NCBI GenBank assembly: GCA_041577295.1
Contig: JBFGJG010000008.1
Location: 32,001 to 96,000 of the forward strand
DNA: 64,000 bases
Origin: Gemmatimonadales bacterium
GTDB taxonomy: Bacteria > Gemmatimonadota > Gemmatimonadetes > Gemmatimonadales > GWC2-71-9
Direction: 5' to 3'
The notes beneath the pieces are model-generated. The model saw only the letters and a list, made by a program, of their open reading frames with translations. It made no database searches and had not been told where the DNA came from. A program made the position numbers and the translations under genes. Positions 32,172-42,701 of the stretch are shown piece by piece; position 1 is the stretch's first letter; each line of letters begins with the position of its first letter.

Positions 32172-32288
32172 GGAGCCGGAGTGACGGGCAGGTCCCGCAG
32201 TGGGGTCAGAGAGCGGGAGCCCAGCTCGGATGCGACAGAGCCGAGCGAACTTTAGCCCGCGAAGGGACGTGCCCGTCACTCCGGCTCC
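32172..32288. repeat. Long-stem repeated element, copy B
   Basis: 19-bp perfect inverted arms 32172-32190/32270-32288; shares GCCGAGCGAACTTTAGCCCG with copy A. Confidence 0.8.
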
Positions 32289-32323
32289 TGCTGCTTACTG
32301 CTTACCGCTCACCGCTCCTCACC

Positions 32324-34075
32324 TCACCGATACTCGAGCTCCTTCTTCGTGTAGATCTCGCCTCGCCGAACCACCAACGCCGTGCGCCTGACGTTTGCGA
32401 TATCGGCGGTCGGGTCTGCGTCGAGCACGACGAGATCTGCAACTGCGCCGGGCGTCACCGTGCCCGTGCTATCGAGACCCATCGCGCGGGCACCGTTGTG
32501 GGTCGCTGCGACAAGCACATCCATCGGCGAGATCCCCGAGGCCTGCATGGCCTCGAGCTCCATGAACACCGATGCACCGTGCAACGTCAGCGGGTTCCCG
32601 GCATCCGTACCGAGCACGACCGGGATCCCAGCATCGTGAATGCGTTTGAGATTTGCCTGAGCCACCGTAACGCGGCGTGCAGTGCTTTCGCGCCTTCGCT
32701 CGCGCTGCGCGGTCGGAGCGCGGCGATCGACAGCCACGGTGTCGGTAGCCAGTACCTTCACATGCGTTGCAGGATCCACACAGCTAAGTGGCTGGAGATC
32801 ACGGTCGAAGGAACGGTCGGCGACCTGACGGTATCCATCCGGCACCAGTAGGGTGGGTGTATAGAACGTGCCGGTCGTACGTGCGAGCTCGAGAAACTCG
32901 TCATCAATCGGTTCACGACTCACCGAGTGTACCAGCAGCTGCGCACCAGCCCGCACCGCGTCCTTAGCCTCCCACAATCCCGTCGCGTGAACGATCAGCG
33001 GAATATCGTGCTTTCGCGCCTCATCACCCGCCGCATGAACAAGAGCAGAGATCCGTGCCGTATCCGGCGGTTGGGGTGGCATGATGTACCACACTTTGAC
33101 AGCGGCGCTGCCAAACGCTGCGTGTGACCGGACCGCTTGCCGGACCGTCGCCTCGTCCGCCATATAAATGAATTGCCGCTGGCCTGGCAGGTTGAGCCAG
33201 AAGTCCACCGTCGAAAGCAGCGGTCCGGCAGCGCGAACGGTTGGCGCGCCGCTGCTGTTGCGAGTGCGAGCCTCGAGGCTCCAGGTCCACGGATAGCCGC
33301 CGACGTCGTAGACGCTCGTGACTCCGGAGCAGAGATACGATCGGAAGAACCGGTCGGGATTTGCTGCGAGCTCGGCGCTGGTGCGCTCGTATGGATGTTG
33401 ATCACGAAGATCGAGCGCGTCTGGACGACCGTCTACCCAGCCGGTCTGCGAGAAGTGGACGTGCGCGTCGACGAGCCCTGGGATGATCCACGTACCCCGC
33501 GCATCTATGGTGTGAACATCGTCCTGGATCGAGCACGTTGTACGCGTGCCCACGCAGGCGATTCTACCATCACGCATGATGACAACTACATCTCTGAAAG
33601 GCGGTGCACCGGTACCGTCTATCAGTGTGGCCCCAACCAGCGCCATGGGCGGCGGTGCGGCTCCTGGCGTGGGGAACACCGTGGTCACTGCAACCTTCCA
33701 TCCATCCGGTGTGCGCACGAATACGCGCTCGCTCACGCCGCGGTCGCTCGCACCGTCGCTCACCACGCGATAGCGATAGGCGCCGTAAGCCACGTCCGGT
33801 GTGATCTGCACAACGTCGAAGTGCGTGGCAACGAGCGTGTCGGGCCAGTTCTCCCCTGCACCGCGCGCGAAGCTATCATATCCGCGGGTGATGCCGGCCG
33901 ATCCTACACGGGCTAGGTCGGGACTCTGGAGATAGCTGGAGAGATAGGCGGCGCGATCGCGGGCGTGAATGGCCGCGATGTTCGCCCGGAAAGCTTCAAG
34001 CGCGGTATCCTGGGCGGACGCGGGAGCAGCGAGGACCCCAAGCGAGGTGAGTGCAAATACGGTGGCATGTCTCAT
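32324..34075 (-). CDS. Secreted amidohydrolase with N-terminal NTF2/SnoaL-like domain
   Basis: Signal peptide; NTF2-like region ending RVFVRTPDGWKV; IPGLVDAHVH, GTDAGNP, ADLVVLDADP. Confidence 0.85.
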   Translation of the reverse strand: MRHATVFALTSLGVLAAPASAQDTALEAFRANIAAIHARDRAAYLSSYLQSPDLARVGSAGITRGYDSFARGAGENWPDTLVATHFDVVQITPDVAYGAYRYRVVSDGASDRGVSERVFVRTPDGWKVAVTTVFPTPGAAPPPMALVGATLIDGTGAPPFRDVVVIMRDGRIACVGTRTTCSIQDDVHTIDARGTWIIPGLVDAHVHFSQTGWVDGRPDALDLRDQHPYERTSAELAANPDRFFRSYLCSGVTSVYDVGGYPWTWSLEARTRNSSGAPTVRAAGPLLSTVDFWLNLPGQRQFIYMADEATVRQAVRSHAAFGSAAVKVWYIMPPQPPDTARISALVHAAGDEARKHDIPLIVHATGLWEAKDAVRAGAQLLVHSVSREPIDDEFLELARTTGTFYTPTLLVPDGYRQVADRSFDRDLQPLSCVDPATHVKVLATDTVAVDRRAPTAQRERRRESTARRVTVAQANLKRIHDAGIPVVLGTDAGNPLTLHGASVFMELEAMQASGISPMDVLVAATHNGARAMGLDSTGTVTPGAVADLVVLDADPTADIANVRRTALVVRRGEIYTKKELEYR

Positions 34076-34095
34076 AGTCAAAGACCTGATTACTA

Positions 34096-37000
34096 TCAGT
34101 TTCGATTGTCAAAGTAGTCCGTGCCGCGCTCATCCGCGCGCAGCGCGTCTTCGTCTACCCAATAGTACGGACCGAACGGACGTTGGCGCGGCCAGATCTC
34201 GTCCAGCGTATCCCCCTCATACATCACACCACCTTTCATGACATACCGAATGGCGAGCGTGTTCTTGATATCGTCGAGCGGGTTGGCATCCAGCACCATG
34301 AGATCGGCGAGCTTTCCTTCCACGAGTGAGCCGAGGTGGCGTTCAGCGCCGAGGAAGCGCGCGCCGCGCAGGCTGGCGATCTCGAGTGCGGTCATGGGAT
34401 CGGATCCCGCCGCTGCCATCCACACTTCCCAATGCGACGCAATCCCGTGCGCCTGTCCGTGTGAGCCAATGGCTCCGTTGCCCCCTTCGGCGATGACGTC
34501 GGCCAAACTCTGTGCGATGAGCGGGAAGCTATAATCGGTTTCTGGACGGACCCACCTCCGGCGGAGGTGCGGCACGAGCTGTCGCCAGGGAGTGAAGCGG
34601 CGAAGCTTTTCATCTTTCCACAAGTCTTCATTCTGGAAAAAGTACTCCTCGTTCCAGGGACCCATTCCACCCACCACAAAGGTGGGAGAGTAGGTCACAC
34701 CGGCTTGTCCCATGAACTTGGCCACGTCGCCGTACAGAATGCCGTAGCTCAAGGGATGCTCGAACCCCGTGTGCCCGTCCATCACCATGCCCAGCGTGTA
34801 TGGAAGATCATCGTTCTCGGACGTCACCATTAGGCCGAGCTCTCGGGCAACATCGGTCACCCACTGCCGCTGATGGCGCCGGGGCTGGAGATACTGTTTG
34901 AGCGCGGTTGCACCCCACGATGCCAGGCGGTTGATGTTTTGTTTGGCCACGTCGTAGCTCGTGAGATCGTTGTTGCGCTGACTGTCGCCCCGATAGAGCG
35001 GATCACCCGTAGCAAACGTGCGTGATCCCATCACTGCGCCCGCCTCGATGAGCTCGGAAGCAGCGAAGGTCTCCTGTGACCAAGAGGAGTTCTCGAGGCT
35101 CGTGGTCACGCCGTAGGCGAGGTACACCGCCTGCTCGAAGTTGCGCCGCGGAAGAATGGCTCGGTGCTCGCGATAGTGATGCGCATGCATGTCAACGAAC
35201 CCCGGGATGATCGTCTTCCCGGTAACGTCGATCGTGCGATCGACACCGGCCGTATTGCAGTCTCCCACGCACGTTATCCGGCCAGCGCGGGCGACGATCG
35301 TCCCGCGCTCGATCACGTTCCGGTTTTCGAGCGTGATGATTCGGCCACCGGTGAGGGCGACGGCGCCCGTAGGCACGTCGCGCGGCACCATGAGCCGAAC
35401 CGTTACCGTATCGCCTGTTTTGTCGGCAGGGCGGTACGTGAAATAGCGGGTGCCGCTTCCGAACTCGAGTGTGGAACCGTCACGCCACCGTGGAAACAGG
35501 CCACCCTCTAGGCTGACCTGTGTCACCGGCACCTTGGCCTTCCTTTTCTCGATGTCGAGCGGTTCGGCGCCCGTGCCCGCAGATGGAAACGCCGCGACGT
35601 ACACGTTGTCACCCTCGTTGAAGGCTACCCAACGCCCATCTGGTGAGGGGACGATCTCGTCGGCAAACGGGAAGGTGAGGTGCACCTGTCGGTCGTCTCC
35701 CTCACGACTGACGGACACGAGCGCCATCGGGGCCGTGGGGGCGTCTCCCGTTGGACCGACGTCTACGAAAAAGATCCTGCCGTCCATTCCGAACGACGGC
35801 CGGCTGACCTGGCAGCGTCCGAACGCACAGAAGAACGGGTAATCCGCGAGGTTCCCGAGCTTGGCGAGCCGGACGGCTGACCCTCCATCTGCCGGCACCC
35901 GCACGACGTCGTACCACGGGTTCGACAGCCATGTGCGGCCTTGCGCCGTGGCGCCTGCACCGCGGACCACGGCGAGGTAGCTACCGTCCGGACTCCACGC
36001 GGGATGGAGATACTCGCCGGCCACGTCCGTGATGCGCACGGGTTGGCCACCACGGGCGCGCACCTTCCAGACGTGTCCCCGGTTTTCGTCCTCCCACGTC
36101 GTAAACGCGATCCACTGACCATCCCGGGACCACGCCGGTGAGAACTCGAACGGGGTGAACCCATCCGGTGTCACCCGCCGTGGCGCGCCGTTCGGTAGAT
36201 CCATGATCCACAGCTTCTGCACCGCCACAAACACCAACTGGCGGCCGTCTGGGGAGGCGGTGTGCCAGCGCAGAAACTTTGCCTCGAACGGCTCCTCGGT
36301 AATGTCGAGATTTGCACGCGCCATTTGAGAAATGGTCCGGCGCACATGTGCGGTGAACGGAATCGTTACGACATCGCCGCTCTCGACGTTCACCCGCCGC
36401 ACCTTTCCGCCCTGCGCGATGACAATCGCAGATCCATCGGGTGTCCACGCATAGCCCGGCAGGACGCGGAGTATCTTGATCGTCTCCACCATGTCCGGCT
36501 CGATGGGATCCATGAGGATCCGTTCCGCGCCGGTCTCCAAGTCCAACAGCCAGAGTGCGGTGCGCGGGCCGTAGCGGTGTCCCTTATGCACGAGGATGCC
36601 ATCGGGTATCCGTCGAGCGAACGCGATCCAGTGGCCGTCTGGCGAAACCTCCCCGGCGTAGGCACCACCGCTCGAGGTGCGCACCTGCTGATGCGCCTGC
36701 CCTTCGGTAATGTTCACGATCTTCCCGGTGACGAACTCGAAGCGGCGCAGTTGGTGGGATCCTCGGAGCACATCCACCCGATACTCGCCAGGCGTTTGCG
36801 GTCCGGTGAAACGGTGGAAATACATGTACCTGCCATCGCTCGTGACGGAAGGCCATGCCGCGCCCCGCTCGTCGTTCCCGATCAGTTCGACACCGGTCCC
36901 GCCGTCGCGATGATACATCCAAATCCCGCTGCTTCCGGGTTGGCCCGGCATGCCGACCTGCTCGCGATTCACGACGATGTATTGGCCGTCGGGAGTCCAG

Positions 37001-37428
37001 GCTGGTGAGTTCACTTGGACGATGGGATCGGTGAACACGGCACGTGGCTCGCTGCCATCGGCGTCCATGATCCACAGATTGGCTTGGCCTTTCCGATCGG
37101 ACACGAACGCGATGTGTTGCCCGTCCGGCGAAATCCGTGGGTGGAAGTTGACGGCGATCCCGCTCTCCTGCGTTAAGCTCTGTGCCTCGCCTCCCGCAGC
37201 CGGCAGTCGATAGATATGTCCCAAGAGATCGAACGCGATCCATTGCCCGTCGGGTGACACGTCCACCGACATCCACGTCCCCTCACGTGTCGTGAAGTCG
37301 ATCTCACGCGTCGCGCCGCGTGGCACGGTGACGTCCCACTCCGTGGTATCGGCCTGAGAGTACGCCGGCGTTGTCGCGACAGTGAGGATCAGGATGGCTA
37401 TGAGAAGTGGGAGGCTACGGGGAAGCAT
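34096..37428 (-). CDS. Secreted PD40 beta-propeller + amidohydrolase
   Basis: EGTWMSVDVSPDG, PD40 repeats, IPGFVDMHAH, GSHGQ, GKLADLMVLDANPL. Confidence 0.9.
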   Translation of the reverse strand: MLPRSLPLLIAILILTVATTPAYSQADTTEWDVTVPRGATREIDFTTREGTWMSVDVSPDGQWIAFDLLGHIYRLPAAGGEAQSLTQESGIAVNFHPRISPDGQHIAFVSDRKGQANLWIMDADGSEPRAVFTDPIVQVNSPAWTPDGQYIVVNREQVGMPGQPGSSGIWMYHRDGGTGVELIGNDERGAAWPSVTSDGRYMYFHRFTGPQTPGEYRVDVLRGSHQLRRFEFVTGKIVNITEGQAHQQVRTSSGGAYAGEVSPDGHWIAFARRIPDGILVHKGHRYGPRTALWLLDLETGAERILMDPIEPDMVETIKILRVLPGYAWTPDGSAIVIAQGGKVRRVNVESGDVVTIPFTAHVRRTISQMARANLDITEEPFEAKFLRWHTASPDGRQLVFVAVQKLWIMDLPNGAPRRVTPDGFTPFEFSPAWSRDGQWIAFTTWEDENRGHVWKVRARGGQPVRITDVAGEYLHPAWSPDGSYLAVVRGAGATAQGRTWLSNPWYDVVRVPADGGSAVRLAKLGNLADYPFFCAFGRCQVSRPSFGMDGRIFFVDVGPTGDAPTAPMALVSVSREGDDRQVHLTFPFADEIVPSPDGRWVAFNEGDNVYVAAFPSAGTGAEPLDIEKRKAKVPVTQVSLEGGLFPRWRDGSTLEFGSGTRYFTYRPADKTGDTVTVRLMVPRDVPTGAVALTGGRIITLENRNVIERGTIVARAGRITCVGDCNTAGVDRTIDVTGKTIIPGFVDMHAHHYREHRAILPRRNFEQAVYLAYGVTTSLENSSWSQETFAASELIEAGAVMGSRTFATGDPLYRGDSQRNNDLTSYDVAKQNINRLASWGATALKQYLQPRRHQRQWVTDVARELGLMVTSENDDLPYTLGMVMDGHTGFEHPLSYGILYGDVAKFMGQAGVTYSPTFVVGGMGPWNEEYFFQNEDLWKDEKLRRFTPWRQLVPHLRRRWVRPETDYSFPLIAQSLADVIAEGGNGAIGSHGQAHGIASHWEVWMAAAGSDPMTALEIASLRGARFLGAERHLGSLVEGKLADLMVLDANPLDDIKNTLAIRYVMKGGVMYEGDTLDEIWPRQRPFGPYYWVDEDALRADERGTDYFDNRN

Positions 37429-37440
37429 AGGGGCTCCTGG

Positions 37441-37513
37441 AGAGTGCAGAGTGCAGAGTGCAGAGTGATTGTTGATTGTTGATTGTTGATTGCTGATTGC
37501 TGATTGCTGATTG
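37441..37513. repeat. Compound heptamer tandem repeat
   Basis: (AGAGTGC)~4 followed by (GATTGTT)3(GATTGCT)3. Confidence 0.9.
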
Positions 37514-37550
37514 AATGTGCCCTCTAGTGCCTATGGCCACCACCGGTGCT

Positions 37551-39908
37551 TCACTGCCAGTACCGGAGCAGTCCGATGTCCTGGAGCAGCTCGTTGAACC
37601 TCGGATCTGACCGGATGGGATCGGACATGGGTGCAACGGCGATTTGGAGGATGGTGTAGGAACGCTCCTCGAAGGCAGCGCGGAGAACGCGGAAGGCCTC
37701 GTCGTGCAGGCCGATTCGGACATACGCGCGAGCAATGTAGGTGATATCCACGGACGCGGGGTTGCGAAGCGAGTTCAGCGCTGCGCGAGCGTCCTCGAGC
37801 CTCCCCAGCTCCGCGTAGGCCCAACCGCGGATGGCCATCTCCTCGCCGGTAAACCCCCGTGGCAACGAGTCCAGCGCCGCGAGCCCTTCCAGCGGCTGAC
37901 CTGCTTCGATATACGTCAGTCCCAGCCACCGCCGCGCATTGTGAAAGTCGGGGTCGATTGCGAGAATGCCACGGTACTCCCGGATCGCGGCATCGAACTC
38001 CCCATGCCATTGATAGTGGTTGCCGAGGCCGTTTCTGATCTGGAGCGCTAACGGATCGAGCGTGAGTGCAATGTCGAGTTCTGACCGCGCCTCAGCCCGC
38101 CGGTTGATGTAGTCTAGGAGAATGGCATACCAGTAATGGGCAAAGGCGTTTTCGGGATCTAGCTCGATCGCTCGCTGAAACTCCCGCGTCGCCGCGTCGA
38201 AATCCCACTCGTACCACGACAGGATGGCCCCGAGCGACGTGTGCGCTTCCGCCAGGTCAGGAGCAAGCTCGAGGGCTCTATCCGCTGCCTCCCGCGCACG
38301 TGGAAACGCGTCGTGCGCTTTGCTCCATCCAAAGTTGCCCGCGATGCTGTACGCATCGGCGATACCCGAATACGCGCGCGCATAGGCAGGATCGTGGCGA
38401 ATCGCTTCCTCGAACGAATTGATGGAACCGAGCACGCCATCGCGAGTGCGCCGGTTCCACTGAAACCGGCCCAACAGGTACGCGTTATAGGCGTCTAGAC
38501 TCTCAGTCCCACGCTGGGTAGCCACCGATGGCGCTTCCCGACCACCCAACTCCACCTGCAAGGCGCCGACAATCGCACGCGCAATCTCTTCCTGCACGGC
38601 AAACACGTCTTCGTCAAAACCGCGATCGAACGTCTGCGACCATAGATGCAACTGGTCCTCCGCGCGAACGAGCTGCGCTGTGATGCGGACACGTTCCGCC
38701 GAACGCCGTACACTCCCCTCGAGCACGGTACCCACTCCGAGCGCCTCACCGATCGACCTGAGATCCGCGTTCTTGTTCTTGAAGGAGAACGACGACGTGC
38801 GACCCGCCACGCGGAGACCCGGAACCTTTGCCAGCACGTTCAAGATCTCCTCGGCCATGCCATCACCGAAGTACTCCATGTCGCCCGTCGGGCTCATGTC
38901 GACGAAGGGCAGCACCGCAACCGAGGTCAGGTCGGCACCCGCGGCTCGGTCTCCCCGCGAGAGCACGGCGAACGCGCCAATGCCAATCACGGCTACCACT
39001 GCTGCCGCGACCGCGAGTGCGGGTATCCACCGGCGTGCTGGGGACGACGACAGAGCCGAAGGATGCGGGGATACCACTGCTCTCTGCTGGAGCGCCTCGG
39101 AGAATTGTGCAACGGGATTGAACCGATCGGCGGGGTTCTTCGCCAACGCTCGCTGCACCACGCCGGCCAGCTCCGCCGGCACCGCCGGGCGGATCTGCGT
39201 GATGGGACGCGGCTCGGCAGCGAGGTGCTGATGAATCAAGCTCTCCGCGGTGGGGCCGGTGAACGGCGCCTGTCCCGCCAGCATCTCGTACAACACACAG
39301 CCCAGCGCGTAGAGATCACTGCGACCATCGAGATCCTGTTCCCCGGACGCTTGCTCAGGGCTCATGTACAGCGGTGTGCCGATCGCCAGCCCAGTCTCCG
39401 TGAGCCGATCGCCGCCCGCAGCGCTCACGGCCTTGGCGATCCCAAAGTCGGCCACTACGGCGTGTCCCGCCTCGAGGAGAATGTTCTCGGGCTTGATGTC
39501 GCGATGGATCACGCCTCGCTGGTGGGCATAGCTCAAGGCGTCCGCGACCTCGCGCGCGATACGCAGCGCGTCGTCCAAGGGCAATTGCTTCTCTCTGTTC
39601 AACCGGTCGCGCAGTGATTCGCCCTCCACGAAGGGCATCACGTAGAACAGGAAACCCTCTGCCTCACCCGAGTCGTACAGTGGAAGAATGTGCGGATGGC
39701 GCAGGTTAGCCGTGGTCGTGATCTCGCGGAGAAACCGGTCAGGCCCAATCGCAGCGGCCAGCTCTGGCCGCAACACCTTGAGCGCCACTTGGCGCTCGTG
39801 CTTGAGATCCTGTGCCAGATAGACGGTGGCCATCCCACCGGCACCAAGCTCGCGCTCGATGGCGTAGCGGTCCGCGAGAGCTGCACTGAGACGATCGCTG
39901 ATCGCCAT
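37551..39908 (-). CDS. Ser/Thr kinase-TM-TolB_N-like-TPR
   Basis: Intact Hanks motifs; one TM; SVAVLPFVDMS; TPRs. Confidence 0.92.
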   Translation of the reverse strand: MAISDRLSAALADRYAIERELGAGGMATVYLAQDLKHERQVALKVLRPELAAAIGPDRFLREITTTANLRHPHILPLYDSGEAEGFLFYVMPFVEGESLRDRLNREKQLPLDDALRIAREVADALSYAHQRGVIHRDIKPENILLEAGHAVVADFGIAKAVSAAGGDRLTETGLAIGTPLYMSPEQASGEQDLDGRSDLYALGCVLYEMLAGQAPFTGPTAESLIHQHLAAEPRPITQIRPAVPAELAGVVQRALAKNPADRFNPVAQFSEALQQRAVVSPHPSALSSSPARRWIPALAVAAAVVAVIGIGAFAVLSRGDRAAGADLTSVAVLPFVDMSPTGDMEYFGDGMAEEILNVLAKVPGLRVAGRTSSFSFKNKNADLRSIGEALGVGTVLEGSVRRSAERVRITAQLVRAEDQLHLWSQTFDRGFDEDVFAVQEEIARAIVGALQVELGGREAPSVATQRGTESLDAYNAYLLGRFQWNRRTRDGVLGSINSFEEAIRHDPAYARAYSGIADAYSIAGNFGWSKAHDAFPRAREAADRALELAPDLAEAHTSLGAILSWYEWDFDAATREFQRAIELDPENAFAHYWYAILLDYINRRAEARSELDIALTLDPLALQIRNGLGNHYQWHGEFDAAIREYRGILAIDPDFHNARRWLGLTYIEAGQPLEGLAALDSLPRGFTGEEMAIRGWAYAELGRLEDARAALNSLRNPASVDITYIARAYVRIGLHDEAFRVLRAAFEERSYTILQIAVAPMSDPIRSDPRFNELLQDIGLLRYWQ

Positions 39909-39911
39909 GCT

Positions 39912-42587
39912 CTATTTCTCCATATTCGCTTCGACCTCGCTCAAGAACCCACGCACCAGCTTCCACGAGATGTCCCCACCGGACACCGGCTCGATGAACA
40001 GAAACCGCTGATCATCGGGCGCGACCTCGTAGAGCGTGGCGTTGCGATCGTTGAGAAAACGCTTGGCCGAAAAGAGAACACGACGGGCACCGACGGAAAA
40101 CTCCGGGCCCGTGGTGACGTCCGCGGCGACGAGATCGCCGGCGGCGTTGCGGTAGAACAGCTCGCGACCGCTATGCGCCCACCGTGGCTCGAACCCGTTA
40201 TCAAAGGAAACCTGTGTTCGGCGTCCCGGTCCGGGAAACGGCTGGACCACGATCTCTTCGCGTCCCGATGCATCCGACACATACGCCAGCCAGCGTCCGT
40301 TTGGAGAGAGTGTGGGCGCGAACTCATCGGCTTCCGTCACAGCCAACTCGTAGCCCACGCTGTCGGGATGAGGACGTGTATAGAAAATGTCGCGCTGGCT
40401 CGGACCGACGGGGCCCTGGCGGTACACGAACCACTGGCCGTCCGGCGAAAATTCTCCATCCTGAACCGGGATCGACGTGACGCGCCTCAGTTCCTGCGCT
40501 GGTTCCTGTCCGTCTGCCGCAATGCTCCACGCAGTGACGAGACCGCTCGTGCCTGGGCTGATGAACGTGATGGTTCTTCCACTGGGATCCCAGGCCGGGC
40601 GATCGCGGCGAGCAAATGTATTGGACACCGCGCTGCCCAGCCGGCTCCAGGGCCCTCGTGGAAGCATGTAGATCCACAGGGCCGGAACGCCGTCGCGCAT
40701 CAACTCGGCAACGATCCGACTCCCGTCCGCAGAGAGCGTGAAGGCGGTGTACTCCTGCGGCCGACTCTCGTCGATTCCAGTCGCCACGCCCGCGCGATCC
40801 ACCCAGGCCAACCGGCTCAACCTCGGCTCCATCTCTGCGTACAACAGCATTCCGGTGGGTGAAAGGGCAAAGGCTGAATAGTCATCGTTGCGAAAGACGT
40901 TGCTCAGGAGGTTGACCGGGGGACCTGTGAACTCGAGCCTCTTCTCGTTGAACGGCACAGCCGTCAACACGCCGTCGAACGTCACATAAAGAAGGTGCCC
41001 GGTCGGGGCGACCTGGCCGAACGCGGCTTGCAGCAGTTCTTTGCTATGTCCCGTCTCGAACGAGTAGGCCGTGAGTTCAGCTGCCTCGAGACCACCAGCA
41101 TAGACGTTCACGTAGAGGAATCCGCGTCCCGCCGACAGCACCTGCGAGCAGATGTGCACGAACTCGCCACGGGTAGAATCGACGGTCGTGAGCACTTGGG
41201 GTTGCCCACCCCGCTCCGGAACGCGTGAGATCCCAACCGGAACTGTGCCTGTGGCAGGTCGGGGAAAGTAGATGTATCCATCGACACCCCAGCACAGCCC
41301 CCATGTCCCCGCCTCCGCGAGCGTCTGCGGGGCGCCGCCCTCAACACTCACCCACCTCACCACCCCCGGGGGCGCAAGAAACGCGACGCGCGATCCATCG
41401 GGAGAGAACCGGGGAAAGCGCGCACCGTCGGTTCCGGGCAGCGTAGTTCCGACGGACCGGTCTAACTGACGCACCTCGAGCGCACGCTCTCCGGCGGGGG
41501 TGACCGTGACGTAGACGAGTTGTGTGCCGTCGCGTGAGATGTCGAGCACTTGATTGATCGGAATCGTGTCGATCTCGGGTGGTGAGGCGATCGTCCACCG
41601 CTCGACCCGCTCCGGCGGCCCGCGATTCCCGACCAGGAAAAAACCGGTCGCCAACAGCGCTCCCACCACAGCCCCGGCGACGGCGGTGGGCAACGCGGAA
41701 CGCAAGGGGCTCTTGTGAGCAGAACCAGCTCGGTGAGCCACCGCCGCTATCTGACGCCGCCCTTCCAGAACCTCGGCGAACTCGGCGGCTGTCGCGAAGC
41801 GATCCGCCGGCAACTTCTCGAGTGCCGTCAGGACCGCCGCCTCGACTGGAGCCGGAACGGTGTTGCGCCGCGGACGAAGCGGCCGCGGCGCAGCGGTGAC
41901 GACCTGCGCCACGATGGCCTGGGCTGTGGGGCCGGTGAATGGCGGCTCGCCGAGCAACATCTCATAGAGCACACATCCCAAGGCATAGACGTCGGAGCGC
42001 GCCGTGATCGCGCGTTCGCCCATCGCTTGCTCCGGAGACATGTAGTGCGGCGTGCCGAGCGACATCCCCGTCTCGGTCAACCGTGTCCCACCCGCGCTGC
42101 TCACCGCCAAGGCAATGCCGAAATCCGCAACCTGTGCCGAGCCGTCGTGCAGCAGAATGTTCTCCGGCTTGATGTCGCGATGAATGACGTTCTGGCGGTG
42201 CGCGTAGTCGAGCGCGCTCGCCACTTCGGTGGCGATCCGCACGGCCTCTGTGATGGCAAGCTGCTTCTCGCGGTTGAGCAGGTCTCGCAGTGACTCACCC
42301 TCCACATATGGCATGACATAAAAAAGGAATGAGTCGACGTGCCCCGAATCAAACAGCGGCAAAATGTGCGGGTGTTGCAGGTTCGCGGTGGTCTTGATCT
42401 CCGTGAGGAACCGTTCGGCGCCGATCACGGCTGCGAGCTCGGGACGCAAGACCTTGATTGCCACCTTGCGGTCGTGCTTGAGATCCTGCGCCAGGTAAAC
42501 CGTTGCCATCCCACCAGCACCGAGCTCGCGCTCGATGGCGTAGCGGTCCGCGAGGGCCGCGGTGAGATGGGCAACCGAGTTAGCCAT
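39912..42587 (-). CDS. Ser/Thr kinase-TM-PD40 beta-propeller
   Basis: Hanks motifs; TM; FSPDG/LSPNGRWLAYVSD repeats; ATG 42587 aligns with paralog starts. Confidence 0.92.
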   Translation of the reverse strand: MANSVAHLTAALADRYAIERELGAGGMATVYLAQDLKHDRKVAIKVLRPELAAVIGAERFLTEIKTTANLQHPHILPLFDSGHVDSFLFYVMPYVEGESLRDLLNREKQLAITEAVRIATEVASALDYAHRQNVIHRDIKPENILLHDGSAQVADFGIALAVSSAGGTRLTETGMSLGTPHYMSPEQAMGERAITARSDVYALGCVLYEMLLGEPPFTGPTAQAIVAQVVTAAPRPLRPRRNTVPAPVEAAVLTALEKLPADRFATAAEFAEVLEGRRQIAAVAHRAGSAHKSPLRSALPTAVAGAVVGALLATGFFLVGNRGPPERVERWTIASPPEIDTIPINQVLDISRDGTQLVYVTVTPAGERALEVRQLDRSVGTTLPGTDGARFPRFSPDGSRVAFLAPPGVVRWVSVEGGAPQTLAEAGTWGLCWGVDGYIYFPRPATGTVPVGISRVPERGGQPQVLTTVDSTRGEFVHICSQVLSAGRGFLYVNVYAGGLEAAELTAYSFETGHSKELLQAAFGQVAPTGHLLYVTFDGVLTAVPFNEKRLEFTGPPVNLLSNVFRNDDYSAFALSPTGMLLYAEMEPRLSRLAWVDRAGVATGIDESRPQEYTAFTLSADGSRIVAELMRDGVPALWIYMLPRGPWSRLGSAVSNTFARRDRPAWDPSGRTITFISPGTSGLVTAWSIAADGQEPAQELRRVTSIPVQDGEFSPDGQWFVYRQGPVGPSQRDIFYTRPHPDSVGYELAVTEADEFAPTLSPNGRWLAYVSDASGREEIVVQPFPGPGRRTQVSFDNGFEPRWAHSGRELFYRNAAGDLVAADVTTGPEFSVGARRVLFSAKRFLNDRNATLYEVAPDDQRFLFIEPVSGGDISWKLVRGFLSEVEANMEK

Positions 42588-42701
42588 GCGTTCGTTCCCC
42601 ATTTCGCCGTTCACCGGCTTGGTCGCGTCATTCAAGGACTCGATCGCGCCCGATTGCGGAGCAGCTGACCACGACCGAAAGGAGCCGAGTCCGCAACGCA
42701 G

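Noticed and set aside
32066..32851. 261-aa plus-strand gene
   Set aside because: Most of it overlaps the repeat element and the antisense of the amidohydrolase; only the first ~35 codons look coding.
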